This document shows positions 30,855 to 40,652 of a DNA stretch of 64,000 nt, piece after piece. A program made the translations under genes and the position numbers. Numbering within the stretch: the stretch's first letter is position 1; the number at the start of each line of letters is the position of its first letter. The stretch is from an uncultured delta proteobacterium. Its GTDB lineage: Bacteria > Myxococcota_A > Polyangia > Haliangiales > Haliangiaceae. The stretch covers positions 736,001 through 800,000 of the forward strand of contig CAVUQH010000003.1 in the NCBI GenBank assembly GCA_963743525.1. Reading direction: 5' to 3'. The notes beneath the pieces were generated by a model that worked only from the letters and a program-made list of their open reading frames with translations, had not been told where the DNA came from and did not search any database.

Positions 30855-31321
30855 GATTTCATCTCGCGCAGGGTGTCGATGACGTTGTCAACGTGTCCCT
30901 TGACGCGAACGTTGGGCCAGATCTTCTTCACCTTCTGATCCGGTCCGATGAGCACGGTGGTGCGGATGATGCCCATCTTCTTCTTGCCGTACATGTTCTT
31001 CTCGCCCCAGGCGCCGTACTTCTCCAGCACCTTGCCATCGGGGTCGGACAGCAGCGGGAACTTCAGCTTGTGCTTGCCGGCGAACTTGCAGTGGGACTCG
31101 ATCGAGTCCTTGCTGACGCCCAGCACCACGGCGCCGAGGCGCTTCAACTTGCCGCCGGCGGCCTGGAACTCCTGCGCTTCGATCGTGCAGCCCGGGGTGC
31201 TGTCCTTGGGATAGAAGTAGAGCACCACCCACTGGCCGTCGAGATCCTTCAGGGCGACCTTGTCGCCGGTCAACGCGGGAAGGGTGAACGCGGGCGCCTT
31301 GTTGCCTTCTTTCGCTGCCAT
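30851..31321 (-). CDS. bcp: thioredoxin-dependent peroxiredoxin Bcp
   Basis: VLYFYPKDSTPGCTIEA, GVSKD, IIRTT. Confidence 0.93.
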   Translation of the reverse strand: MAAKEGNKAPAFTLPALTGDKVALKDLDGQWVVLYFYPKDSTPGCTIEAQEFQAAGGKLKRLGAVVLGVSKDSIESHCKFAGKHKLKFPLLSDPDGKVLEKYGAWGEKNMYGKKKMGIIRTTVLIGPDQKVKKIWPNVRVKGHVDNVIDTLREMKS

Positions 31322-31442
31322 GCCGCGGACTATAGCGGAGCGCACCGCTTGCGCACCCTCCTGCGCGCTGCGAAATCGCTGCGCGTCTGGTCGCACCCAT
31401 CGCGCCAGGCCTGGCGTGTGATTTGCAGCGGATCAACGCGTC

Positions 31443-32567
31443 ATGGCGACGCGCAACGAATGGCAAGCGGCGGTTGGAGCACCGACCTGGATCGAGGCGG
31501 CGCGCGCGTACGTGCACGAACAATTTCCCGATGCCTCGATCGAGCGGATCGAACCGCTCGGTCCCGACGTGTCGGGCGGGGACGAGGCCGGGCACAAGGC
31601 GATCGGCTACGGCGTGCCGATCCGCGTCGTGCTCGGCGATGCCGGCGGAACGCGCCAGCTGGTGCTGCACGCGGCGTCCAAGGACCGGTACGGCCACGAT
31701 CGGCGCGCCGATCGCGCGGCCGGCGCGCTGCTGGCGTTCGACACCTTCGAGCAGATTCCCGCACACGTCGCCGCCCTCGACGTCGGCGCGATTCGCCACG
31801 ACGGCAGCTTTGCGTCGCTGCGCGACTGCGGCGAGTTCTACCTGCTCACCGAGTTCGTGCCCGGACGGATCTACGCCGAAGACCTGAGGCAGATCGCCAC
31901 GGCGGGCGTCGCGAGCGCGGCAGATGTGCAACGGACCGAGACGCTGGCGAGCTACCTGGCGGCGCTGCACAGCCAGCCGATAGAGCCGGCGCCGATCCGC
32001 TACACCCGCGCGATCCGCGATCTGATCGGTCACGGCGAGGGCATCTTCGGCCTGGTCAACGGCTATCCCGCTGACACGCCGGGGGCGCCGGCGTCGCGGC
32101 TGCGCGCGCTGGAAGAGCGGGCGGCCACCTGGCGCTGGCGACTGCGCGGTCGCGAGGATCGGCTGGTCCGCACCCACGGCGACTTCCACCCGTTCAACAT
32201 CGTCTTCGACGACGACGACCGGTTGACCCTGCTCGACGCCAGCCGCGGCTGCGCGGGCGATCCGGCCGACGACATCACCTGCCTGACCATCAACTATCTG
32301 TTCTTCGGGCTGCAGCAGCCGCCGGCGCGACGCACGGCGATGCGCTCGCTGTGGACCCGCGCGTGGGCGCGCTACTTCGCCGGGCGCGACGACCCGGGGC
32401 TGCTGGAGGCGGCGCCGCCGTTCTTCACCTGGCGCGCGCTGGTGCTGTGCAACCCCGAGTGGTACCCGGACATCGATGTGTCGGTGCGCGACGCGCTGCT
32501 CGGCGAGGCCGAGCACGCCCTCGAGTGCGGTCGTCTGGAGCCGGACGCGATCGCGGAGCGGATGTGA
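31443..32567 (+). CDS. aminoglycoside phosphotransferase-family kinase
   Basis: THGDFHPFNIVF, LLDASR, GDPADD. Confidence 0.85.
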   Translation: MATRNEWQAAVGAPTWIEAARAYVHEQFPDASIERIEPLGPDVSGGDEAGHKAIGYGVPIRVVLGDAGGTRQLVLHAASKDRYGHDRRADRAAGALLAFDTFEQIPAHVAALDVGAIRHDGSFASLRDCGEFYLLTEFVPGRIYAEDLRQIATAGVASAADVQRTETLASYLAALHSQPIEPAPIRYTRAIRDLIGHGEGIFGLVNGYPADTPGAPASRLRALEERAATWRWRLRGREDRLVRTHGDFHPFNIVFDDDDRLTLLDASRGCAGDPADDITCLTINYLFFGLQQPPARRTAMRSLWTRAWARYFAGRDDPGLLEAAPPFFTWRALVLCNPEWYPDIDVSVRDALLGEAEHALECGRLEPDAIAERM

Positions 32568-33076
32568 CCGGCGCGGTCGTCTGGATCACCGGCCGCCCGG
32601 CGTCGGGCAAGTCGACGCTGGCCGCGGCGGCGTGCGTTCTGATCCGCGAGCACGGCCTGTGCGCCTGCGTGCTCGACGGTGACGAGGTGCGCGATGCCGT
32701 GTTGCCGCCGCGGGGCTACGGCGATGCCGACCGGGACGCTCACTACGGCACCCTGTCGCGGCTGGCGGCGCTGCTGGCGGGGCAGGGGCTGATCGTGCTG
32801 GTCCCGGCCACCGCCAACCGGCGTGCCTACCGGCGTGATTGTCGCAAGCGGGCGCCGCGGTTCCTCGAGGTGCTGGTCAACGCGACGGCGGAGGAGTGCG
32901 CCGCCCGCGACGTCAAGGGGCTGTACGCCCGCGCCCAGGCCGGCCAGGTCGTGGGCCTGCCCGGGGTCGGCGCCGACTACGAAGCGCCCGAGAAGCCCGA
33001 CGTCCTCGCCTCGGGGGGCTGGGACGGCGTCGCCGCTGGTGCCATCGCGCGCTGGGCGGTCCATGCCTCCGAGTGA
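32564..33076 (+). CDS. cysC: adenylyl-sulfate kinase-like protein
   Basis: WITGRPASGKST, LDGDEVR, RDVKGLY, PGVGADYEAPE; GTG overlaps the upstream stop. Confidence 0.85.
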   Translation: MTGAVVWITGRPASGKSTLAAAACVLIREHGLCACVLDGDEVRDAVLPPRGYGDADRDAHYGTLSRLAALLAGQGLIVLVPATANRRAYRRDCRKRAPRFLEVLVNATAEECAARDVKGLYARAQAGQVVGLPGVGADYEAPEKPDVLASGGWDGVAAGAIARWAVHASE

Positions 33077-33097
33077 TAGGTTCGCCATCAGGAGGCC

Positions 33098-34024
33098 GTG
33101 ATGAAGCACCTCGAAGACGGAGTGAAGACGATCCTTCTGGCCGTGGACTTCTCGCAGCCGACCAAGCGAGCGTTCGACGCGGCGATCCGCGCGGCGCGGA
33201 CGTTCGGCGCGGCGATGATCATCCTCCACGCCAACGAAGAGGACTCGCTTTTCGGCGGCCACAGCTCGGAAGAGCTGACGAGCTTCCTCGACGACATCGT
33301 CCGCCGGCGCACCGACTGGATGAGCACGTTCGAGCAGCGGGCCGCCGAGCTGGGCGTGCGCGCCCGTTCGATCCTGCGCGACGGCGACCCGGCCGATACC
33401 ATCCTCGGCGTGGCCGAAGAGGTTGACGCCGACCTGATCGTCATGGGCACCCAGGGCGCTCGCGGCCTGGGCAACGTGCTGCCCGGCTCGGTGGCCAAGA
33501 AGGTGCTGCGCAACGCCGACCGCCCGATCATGGTCATCTCGCGCATGGCCGGGGTGGCGCCGGCCGAGAGCGGCGGCACCTTCGACCGCATCGTCTACCC
33601 GACCGACTTCTCCGAGGCCAGCCGCGCCGGACTGCGCGTCGCCGAGATGATGGTCGACAAGACCGACGCCGCGCTGACCCTGGTCAACGTCGTGCGCCTG
33701 CCGCGCATCATCCCGTCGCTGCCCGGCGAGGCGCCGATCGTCCTGCCCGACCGCGCCGTCGAGCACCTGCAGGAGAACTTCGAGAAGCAGATGGACGAGC
33801 TGGTGTCCGAGCTGCCGGGCGACGAGATCGACTCGGTGGTGGCGGTCCACGCCGATCCGGCCGGCGGCATCTGCGACATCGCCAGCCAGTCGGGCGTCGA
33901 TCTGATCGTCATCGCCCGCCACAGCAAGCACGGCGCCGGCTCGCTGGTGTTCGGCCGCACCGCCGAGAAGGTGGTCAAGATGGCCCCGGTGCCGGTGCTG
34001 CTGTTCAACCCGCGGGTCGGTTGA
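33098..34024 (+). CDS. tandem-domain universal stress protein
   Basis: ILLAVDFS...DLIVMGTQG...GSVAKKV and IVYPTDFS...DLIVI...GRTAEKV. Confidence 0.92.
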   Translation: MMKHLEDGVKTILLAVDFSQPTKRAFDAAIRAARTFGAAMIILHANEEDSLFGGHSSEELTSFLDDIVRRRTDWMSTFEQRAAELGVRARSILRDGDPADTILGVAEEVDADLIVMGTQGARGLGNVLPGSVAKKVLRNADRPIMVISRMAGVAPAESGGTFDRIVYPTDFSEASRAGLRVAEMMVDKTDAALTLVNVVRLPRIIPSLPGEAPIVLPDRAVEHLQENFEKQMDELVSELPGDEIDSVVAVHADPAGGICDIASQSGVDLIVIARHSKHGAGSLVFGRTAEKVVKMAPVPVLLFNPRVG

Positions 34025-34436
34025 GCGACGCGTCCTCGCCGGGCTTGGCCGCGACCCTCGCGCTGGCGCGTTCGGCGGCAGCGCGCCGGGCAAGGTGACC
34101 GGCGACGACGAACCAGACCGCGAACAGCGCGATGGCCGCCGCCGAGCCGAGCCATTGCCGCTGCAGCAGAGTGATCGCGGCGACGATCGCCATGATCAGC
34201 GCGATCGCGCCGCGAGCGGCCAGCCAGAACTGCTCGCGGTAGCACTCGTTGCACAGCACTGCGTCGCGACCCGACATCCACGGGCCGAAGACGTTGCGGG
34301 CGAGGAACCGCTCCTCCTGGAGATGCCGATCGCAAAGGGCATCGCCGCAGCGGCTGCAGCGATGCGCGGCGTCCCGCGCGCAGCGGCTGCACGCTTCCTC
34401 GACTGCCCTGGCGTCCGGCGACGTCGACCCGCTCAC
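34005..34436 (-). CDS. small membrane protein with N-terminal B-box-like zinc finger
   Basis: CSRC...CSRCGDALCDRH...LCNEC plus two TM helices; GTGA overlap with the upstream gene. Confidence 0.65.
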   Translation of the reverse strand: MSGSTSPDARAVEEACSRCARDAAHRCSRCGDALCDRHLQEERFLARNVFGPWMSGRDAVLCNECYREQFWLAARGAIALIMAIVAAITLLQRQWLGSAAAIALFAVWFVVAGHLARRAAAERASARVAAKPGEDASLNRPAG

Positions 34437-36034
34437 TTCCGCGAGCTTAGCGCGGCGGTGGCGGCGCGGGCTACGCGCATGCCGTCGAGGGCGGCGCTGA
34501 CGATGCCGCCGGCGTAGCCTGCGCCTTCGCCGCACGGGTAGAGGCCGGCCAGGTCGGGGCTGTCGAGCTGTTCGCGGTGGCGGGGCACGCGCACCGGTGA
34601 GCTGGTCCGCGACTCGACGCCGATCAGCACCGCTTCCTCGGTGAGGTAGCCGCGCATTCGGCGGTCGAAGTAGTCGATGCCGGCGCGCAGGCGGTCGACC
34701 AGCGGCAGGCGGCCGGCGTCGAGCACCTCGCCGACGTCGGCAGGGGTGAGGCCGGGGATGTAGCTCGACTCGGGCAGGGTGGTCGAGCCGCGGCCGGCGA
34801 CGAAGTCGGTGACGCGGGTGGCCGGGGCGCGCATCTCGCCGCCGCCGGCCTGCATGGCGGCGCGCTCGACCGCGGCCTGCAGCTCGATGCCGCCGAGCGG
34901 GCCGGACCAGCCGGCGTCGGCGACGTCTTCGATCTCGATGCCGACCACCAGACCGGAGTTGGCGTACGGCGAGTCGCGGCGCGACAGGCTCATGCCGTTG
35001 ACCACCAGGCAGTCGGCGTCGGTCGATGCCGGCACCACCCAGCCGCCCGGACACATGCAGAACGAGAAGACGCCGCGACCGCGCTCGGTATGCGTGAGGC
35101 TGTAGTAGGCGGCCGGCAGCCTGGGATGACCGGCCGAGCGGCCGTACTGGATCCGGTCGATGAGCGGCTGCGGGTGCTCGATGCGCACGCCCAGGGCGAA
35201 CGGCTTGGCCTCGAGGGTGACGCCGGCGCGGAGCAGCATCTGGTGGACGTCGCGCGCCGAGTGGCCGGTGGCCAGCACCACGGCGTCGGCGCCGAGCTCG
35301 CGGCCGTCGCTCAGACGCACGCCGGTGACCGCGCGCCCCGAGGTCAGCAAGTCGGTGACGCGGGCCTCGAAGATCATCTCCACGCCGCACGCTTCGAGGC
35401 GCTCGCGCAGGTTGGTGACCACCACCGGCAACTTGTTGGAGCCGATGTGCGGGCGGGCGTCGCTGAGGATTCGCTCGGGCGCGCCGTGCAGCGCCAGGAT
35501 CTCGAGAACGTCGCGGACGTCGCCGCGCTTGGTCGCGCGGGTGTACAGCTTGCCGTCCGAGTAGGTGCCGGCGCCGCCCTCACCGAAGCAGTAGTTGCTG
35601 TCCGGGTCAACGGTGCCGTGCTGTTGGATCGACTTGAGGTCGCGGCGTCGCGCCTGGACCTTCTTGCCCCGGTCGACCACCACGCTGGCGACACCGGCGC
35701 GGGCCAGCTGATAGGCGCAGAACAGGCCGGCCGGTCCGGCGCCGACGATGACCGCGCGCGGGCCGCCGGTGGTGACCTCGCGCGGGTGGGGCAGCGCGAG
35801 CTCGCGCGGCGTGTCGGCGGCGAAGCCGACGGTCAGCTGGAAGCGAACGCGGCCGCGGCGGGCGTCGATGGAGCGCTTGCGCACCTCGATCGGCGGCAGG
35901 TCGGCGGCCGGGATGCCCAGCTCGCCGGCGACCCGCTGGCGCAGAGAGTCCGCGTCGTCGGCGTCGTCGAGGCCGAGCGACAGGGACAGCTCGCGGGTGC
36001 GGTCGAGGCGGGTCACGCCCGCCGTTCCTAGCAC
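34433..36034 (-). CDS. NAD(P)/FAD-dependent oxidoreductase
   Basis: IVGAGPAG, FGEGGAGTYSDGKL, FSFCMCPGG, GEGAGYAGGIVSAALDG. Confidence 0.9.
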   Translation of the reverse strand: MLGTAGVTRLDRTRELSLSLGLDDADDADSLRQRVAGELGIPAADLPPIEVRKRSIDARRGRVRFQLTVGFAADTPRELALPHPREVTTGGPRAVIVGAGPAGLFCAYQLARAGVASVVVDRGKKVQARRRDLKSIQQHGTVDPDSNYCFGEGGAGTYSDGKLYTRATKRGDVRDVLEILALHGAPERILSDARPHIGSNKLPVVVTNLRERLEACGVEMIFEARVTDLLTSGRAVTGVRLSDGRELGADAVVLATGHSARDVHQMLLRAGVTLEAKPFALGVRIEHPQPLIDRIQYGRSAGHPRLPAAYYSLTHTERGRGVFSFCMCPGGWVVPASTDADCLVVNGMSLSRRDSPYANSGLVVGIEIEDVADAGWSGPLGGIELQAAVERAAMQAGGGEMRAPATRVTDFVAGRGSTTLPESSYIPGLTPADVGEVLDAGRLPLVDRLRAGIDYFDRRMRGYLTEEAVLIGVESRTSSPVRVPRHREQLDSPDLAGLYPCGEGAGYAGGIVSAALDGMRVARAATAALSSRK

Positions 36035-36084
36035 CTAACACGCCCGATTTCAGCCAGTTCCGTCGTGTATCACGAGAGGTGTTG

Positions 36085-36112
36085 CAATGTGACACGTCAG
36101 TGTATCACATTG
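36085..36112. promoter_or_regulatory. palindromic operator upstream of desaturase
   Basis: CAATGTGACAC-N6-GTATCACATTG, 10/11 arm match, in the divergent intergenic gap. Confidence 0.65.
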
Positions 36113-36118
36113 TGACCC

Positions 36119-37240
36119 ATGCAAACCGCAACCGTTTCCGCCGCCCCAAACGACCGCATCGAGGCGTTCGGCGCGGCCATCGACCGCATCCGCGAGCGGG
36201 TCGAGGCCGAGATCGGAGCCGAGGACCTGGCCTACCTGAAGAAGGTGGACCGCTTTTCCCGCGCCATGGAGATCGCCGGCCGGCTGCTCATCCACGTCAG
36301 CGTCGAGCCGGTCGGCTTCGGCGCCGGCGTCGTCGCCCTGTGGCTGCACAAGCAGCTGCAGGCGACCGAGGTCGGGCACACCGTGCTGCACGGCACCTTC
36401 GACAAGCTCGACGGCGCCGAGGCGTACCAGTCGAAGAGCTTCCGCTGGGAGACGCCCATCGACGAGGAGTCGTGGCGGCAGACCCACAACATTCGCCACC
36501 ACGGCTTCACCAACATCGCCGGCCGCGACCCCGACATCCACTTCGGCCCGATCCGCTGGACCGAGCACACCCCGTATCACCCGCGCCACCGCGGCCAGCT
36601 GCGCAAGGCGCTGCTGCTCATGGCCCACTTCGGCATCGGCATCAACCTGCAGTACACCGGCCTGGCCGACTTCCTCGAGCCCAAGGGGCAGGGCGACTTC
36701 ACCGAGGACCGATCGCTGGCGACCTTTCGCGCGTCGCTGCGCCGGGCCATGCGCAAGTTCGTCCCGTACTACGGCCGAGAGCTCGTGCTGTTTCCGGCGC
36801 TGGCCGGGCCGTTCTGGTGGAAGGTGCTGCTGGGCAACTGGCTGACCGAGCTGATGCGCGACGCCTACTCGTCGGCGACCATCTACTGCGGTCACGTCGG
36901 CGAAGACGTCGCCGACTACCCGGCCGGCACCCGCGCCGGCAGCCGCGCCCGCTGGTACGTCATGCAGGTCGAGGCGACCAACGACTTCGAAGTGCCGCTG
37001 CCGGTGTCGATCTTGTGCGGCGCGCTCGACCGGCAGATCGAGCATCACCTGTTCCCCCGCTTCCCCACCAACCGCCTGCGCGAGGTTGCGCCCGAGGTTC
37101 GCGCCGTGTGCGAGGCCCACGGCGTGCGCTACCACTCCGACAGCTGGCCGGGCACGTTGCGCAAGGTGGTTCGCCGCCTGCGCCAGCTCAGCCGCCCGAC
37201 CGCCCGCGAGGCGGTCGCCCGCATCCGCGCCGCGGCCTAG
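36119..37240 (+). CDS. fatty acid (acyl-CoA) desaturase
   Basis: His boxes HTVLH, HNIRHH, QIEHH. Confidence 0.92.
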   Translation: MQTATVSAAPNDRIEAFGAAIDRIRERVEAEIGAEDLAYLKKVDRFSRAMEIAGRLLIHVSVEPVGFGAGVVALWLHKQLQATEVGHTVLHGTFDKLDGAEAYQSKSFRWETPIDEESWRQTHNIRHHGFTNIAGRDPDIHFGPIRWTEHTPYHPRHRGQLRKALLLMAHFGIGINLQYTGLADFLEPKGQGDFTEDRSLATFRASLRRAMRKFVPYYGRELVLFPALAGPFWWKVLLGNWLTELMRDAYSSATIYCGHVGEDVADYPAGTRAGSRARWYVMQVEATNDFEVPLPVSILCGALDRQIEHHLFPRFPTNRLREVAPEVRAVCEAHGVRYHSDSWPGTLRKVVRRLRQLSRPTAREAVARIRAAA

Positions 37241-37938
37241 CCCAGGTAGCGCGTCGGCAGCTCGGTCTCGACCACGCCGCCGGGACCGAGCTCGACGCGG
37301 TAGCCGCGCGCCGCCGGCCGCGAGGCGACCACACCGGTCAGCTCGGTGCCGGAGAAGCAGAGGGCGGCGCCGTCGTCGGCGGCGTAGCCGTTCGGCATGC
37401 CCGCGGCGATCGCCCGGTGATACGTGGGCCGGCGGCGATCCTCGCCGTCGTAGTGCGGGCAGTGGCTGCCGGGCAGCAGGCCGAGGCCGTCGTCGACCGG
37501 ATCCATGCCTCCGAAGCTGTCAGTGATGTACGACTCGAACCAGCAGCAGGAGCCGGCGCTCAGCCCGGTCAGGATGATGCCGGCCCGCCATGCGTTGCGC
37601 AGGATCTCATCGGCGCCGTGCACGCGCCAGACCGCGAGCATGTTGGGGGTCATGCCGCCGCCGACGTAGATGACGTCTTGCGACATGAGGAACCCGCGCA
37701 GGTCGATCACCTCGCGGGGGAAGAAGGTCAGGTGGCTGGCGTCGGCACGGCCTTCGGGGAAGGCGGCGTGGAAGCGCTCGATGTAGCTTTCGCGGTCACC
37801 GCTGGCGGTGGCCAGGAGGCAGACGCGCGGCCGGGATCGACCGGTCAGGCCGAGGACGTAGTCGTCGAGCAGCGGGTTGTCCGGCTCCATGCTGAAGCCG
37901 CCGCCACCCATCGCGACGATGGTGGGTTGGTCGGGCAC
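37237..37938 (-). CDS. peptidase E (S51)
   Basis: IVAMGGGG, IYVGGG, GLSAG, CPHYD. Confidence 0.9.
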   Translation of the reverse strand: MPDQPTIVAMGGGGFSMEPDNPLLDDYVLGLTGRSRPRVCLLATASGDRESYIERFHAAFPEGRADASHLTFFPREVIDLRGFLMSQDVIYVGGGMTPNMLAVWRVHGADEILRNAWRAGIILTGLSAGSCCWFESYITDSFGGMDPVDDGLGLLPGSHCPHYDGEDRRRPTYHRAIAAGMPNGYAADDGAALCFSGTELTGVVASRPAARGYRVELGPGGVVETELPTRYLG

Positions 37939-37948
37939 CCAATCCAGG

Positions 37949-38974
37949 TTAGTTGCGCGCGCGGAGTGTGTACAGCTTGCACGGCCCACCGAACTCGGCG
38001 GTGCCGTCGGGCCCGTCGCCCAGGCTCTCGCGGCTGTCCTCGACGCCGCCGGCCCACATCACGTCGCTGTCGGTGAAGACCAGTGCGACGCACATCTCCT
38101 GGTCGCCGATGCCCCAGCCGACCGCCTGGTCGCGCGGGTTGTCGTAGATGCAGGAGAAGCGCAGGCCGCGGGCGCCGGCGATCGACAGCGGATGATCCAG
38201 CGTGCCGCCCATCGGTGTGCCCACGGGCGAGTCGGACTCGAACACCAGCTCGCCGTCGCGGTCGCCGCCGGACAGCTCGATGCGCATGCCCAGGCCGAGG
38301 GCGTGGTAGTGCGGCATGACGTAGTGGATCGAGAAGTCAACCGGTCCGCCGTAGGCGGCCTCGTAGTCACAGTCGGCGCCAAAGGTCGACCGCTGGTTGG
38401 GCGGCAGGCGCAGCGGGAAGTAGTGCAGCTCGAGCGGCGTGAGGATGGTGTCAACCTCGTCTTCGCGAAGCAGGTCGAGCTCGAGTCCGATCGAGGTGTG
38501 GACGGCGCTGTCGCTGGCGTTGAGCAGATGCACGTCGCCGATCAACTTGGAGTGGGGCGGCACGTAGACGGCGGCGCCGGGGCCGAATGCCTGGGCCTCG
38601 GCGGTCGCCTGGGTCGACTGGGCGTAGAGCACGCCGCCGACCAGCGCTGCCTGCACCGAGTCGAAATTGCGGTCGCCGCACGGCCAGGTGCCGTCGTCGC
38701 CGGGAAAGCTGTCCTCGGGGACGAAGAACCAGTTGGAGTGGTGCCACGCCGGGCCGGCGGTCATCTGCACGGTGTTGATGTACAGCGGCTCGTCGTTGTG
38801 CAGGGTCGCGCTCTGGCACAGCTCCGACAGCTCGCCGCCGGCGTCAACGTCGACGGCCGGGAAGGCCACCGTGATCGGATCGAGCGGGGTCGGCTGCGGG
38901 TCGGACGCCGAATCGGCGGCACAGGCGCCGACAGCGACGGAGGTGGCCAGCAACAGGGGAGCGGCGAGCCTCAT
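37949..38974 (-). CDS. lipoprotein, copper type II monooxygenase-like
   Basis: HHSNWF, DVHLLN, MPHYH, DQEMC. Confidence 0.65.
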   Translation of the reverse strand: MRLAAPLLLATSVAVGACAADSASDPQPTPLDPITVAFPAVDVDAGGELSELCQSATLHNDEPLYINTVQMTAGPAWHHSNWFFVPEDSFPGDDGTWPCGDRNFDSVQAALVGGVLYAQSTQATAEAQAFGPGAAVYVPPHSKLIGDVHLLNASDSAVHTSIGLELDLLREDEVDTILTPLELHYFPLRLPPNQRSTFGADCDYEAAYGGPVDFSIHYVMPHYHALGLGMRIELSGGDRDGELVFESDSPVGTPMGGTLDHPLSIAGARGLRFSCIYDNPRDQAVGWGIGDQEMCVALVFTDSDVMWAGGVEDSRESLGDGPDGTAEFGGPCKLYTLRARN

Positions 38975-39073
38975 CGTGCCGAGATGTAGCACGGCACAGA
39001 CTGACACGGGGAGAAAAACGGTCGGACCACTGTACCGCCTTGACAGCCCGCAGGAGCGCGGTAGCCAGAGATC

Positions 39074-39574
39074 GTGACCGTCGATTCACCTCCTGTCCGC
39101 GGTGGCTCGCCCACCCAGGCTCTGGCCCTGGTGTTTTGGATCGGGCTCTGCTTCGCGGCGGCGGCGATCGGCGGCGCCATCACCGCGACCAGCGTCGATA
39201 CCTGGTACGCGACCCTGGCCAAGCCGTGGTTCAACCCGCCCGCGTGGGTGTTTGGACCGGTGTGGACGGTGCTGTACGCGATGATGGCAGCGGCGGCCTG
39301 GCTGGTCTGGCGGCGGGGGCGAGGCGTCGCGCGTCCGGCGCTGGCGCTGTTCGTCGTCCAGCTGGCGCTCAACGTCGGTTGGTCGGGGCTGTTCTTCGGC
39401 CTGCGCAGCCCGGGCCTGGCGCTGATCGAGATCGTGCTGCTGTGGCTGGCGATCGCCGCCACCGCGGCGGCGTTCGCGCGCCACGACAAGGTCGCGGCCT
39501 GGTTGATGCTGCCGTACCTGGGCTGGGTCACCTTCGCGGCCGCGCTCAACGCAGCCATCTGGCACCTGTCCTAA
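39074..39574 (+). CDS. tspO: TspO/MBR family protein
   Basis: WYATLAKPWFNPPAWVFGPVWT...LPYLGWVTFA. Confidence 0.93.
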   Translation: MTVDSPPVRGGSPTQALALVFWIGLCFAAAAIGGAITATSVDTWYATLAKPWFNPPAWVFGPVWTVLYAMMAAAAWLVWRRGRGVARPALALFVVQLALNVGWSGLFFGLRSPGLALIEIVLLWLAIAATAAAFARHDKVAAWLMLPYLGWVTFAAALNAAIWHLS

Positions 39575-40617
39575 TAGAGGTAGCCGAGTCGGGCGGTGGC
39601 GGCGGTCGTGCGCGCATCGCCGCTGGTCGGGGTCAGGCCGAGGTGGGCGCCGAGCTCGACGAACAACCGGCCGGGGCCCGCGGCCAGCAGCAGCCGCGTG
39701 GCGGCGTTGGCGCCCAGCTCGAAGGTGGCGGTGTCCGGCAGATCCTTGGCCAGGTTGATCGCCAGCTCGGGCCCGGCGCCCAGCTCGAGCCAGCTGCGCG
39801 GGCGCACGGCGGCGGCGATCGGCACGGTCAGCTGGGTGACGCTGGCCTGGTCGCCGCCGCGCTGGGCCACGCCGACCTCGGGGACGACGTGGAAGCGGCC
39901 GCGGACCTGGTAGTCGAGCAGCGCGGCGACCGCCAGGCCCAGCCGCGCGCGCGCGCCGCCGCCACCGATCAGATCGGTGCGACCGGCGCCGATCGCCAGA
40001 CCTACGTGCCACGACCGCGGCAGCTGGGTGTCGGGCGCATAGATGCCGCCGCGGTAGCGGGTGGGCAACAGATCGTCGTGCTTGGCACCCGGCAAGTCCG
40101 ACGCCGTCTGCACGGCCCCGACCTCGCCCTCGTCGGAGAAGTCGACCTTCTCGTCCTTCGGCTTCTCTTCGATCGGATCCAGACGCAGCGGCAGGCTGAA
40201 CGGCGAGGGGTCGTCGACGCGCACCTGGCGGGCGGCGCCGTGGTAGCCGTCCTTGCGCGCGCTCACCTGGTGGGCGACGCCGGGGGCGAGCCAGACGGTG
40301 AACGGCGTGGGGAACGTCAGCTCGCCGAGCGAGTCGACCTGTCCGCGGGCGTCGGGCGGGTCGGTGTCGACCGTGACCGCGGCGTAGCCCTTGGCGCGCA
40401 GGCTGTGCTCCAGCGCGGGCAGCGCGGCGCGGGCGGCGTCGGCGTCGGCGCCCTCGCCGCGGGCGCACAGCGACAGCGCCAGGTGGGCGCGGGCCAGGTG
40501 GCCGGCCGTGCGATCGCGCCGGCCGGCGGCGCACGGATCGACGGGGCCCGGCTGGGCGCGCGCGGGCGTCGCCGCCGCGAGGACGACCGCCGTTGCCAGC
40601 CCGAGGACGAGTCTCAT
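39571..40617 (-). CDS. exported protein with PEGA-like and outer-membrane beta-barrel regions
   Basis: Signal peptide, TVDTDPPDA...ARKDGY, C-terminal LGYLY. Confidence 0.6.
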   Translation of the reverse strand: MRLVLGLATAVVLAAATPARAQPGPVDPCAAGRRDRTAGHLARAHLALSLCARGEGADADAARAALPALEHSLRAKGYAAVTVDTDPPDARGQVDSLGELTFPTPFTVWLAPGVAHQVSARKDGYHGAARQVRVDDPSPFSLPLRLDPIEEKPKDEKVDFSDEGEVGAVQTASDLPGAKHDDLLPTRYRGGIYAPDTQLPRSWHVGLAIGAGRTDLIGGGGARARLGLAVAALLDYQVRGRFHVVPEVGVAQRGGDQASVTQLTVPIAAAVRPRSWLELGAGPELAINLAKDLPDTATFELGANAATRLLLAAGPGRLFVELGAHLGLTPTSGDARTTAATARLGYLY

Positions 40618-40652
40618 GGGCCAGAGACAGGCGGTGCCCGCCCCCGGTTGCA

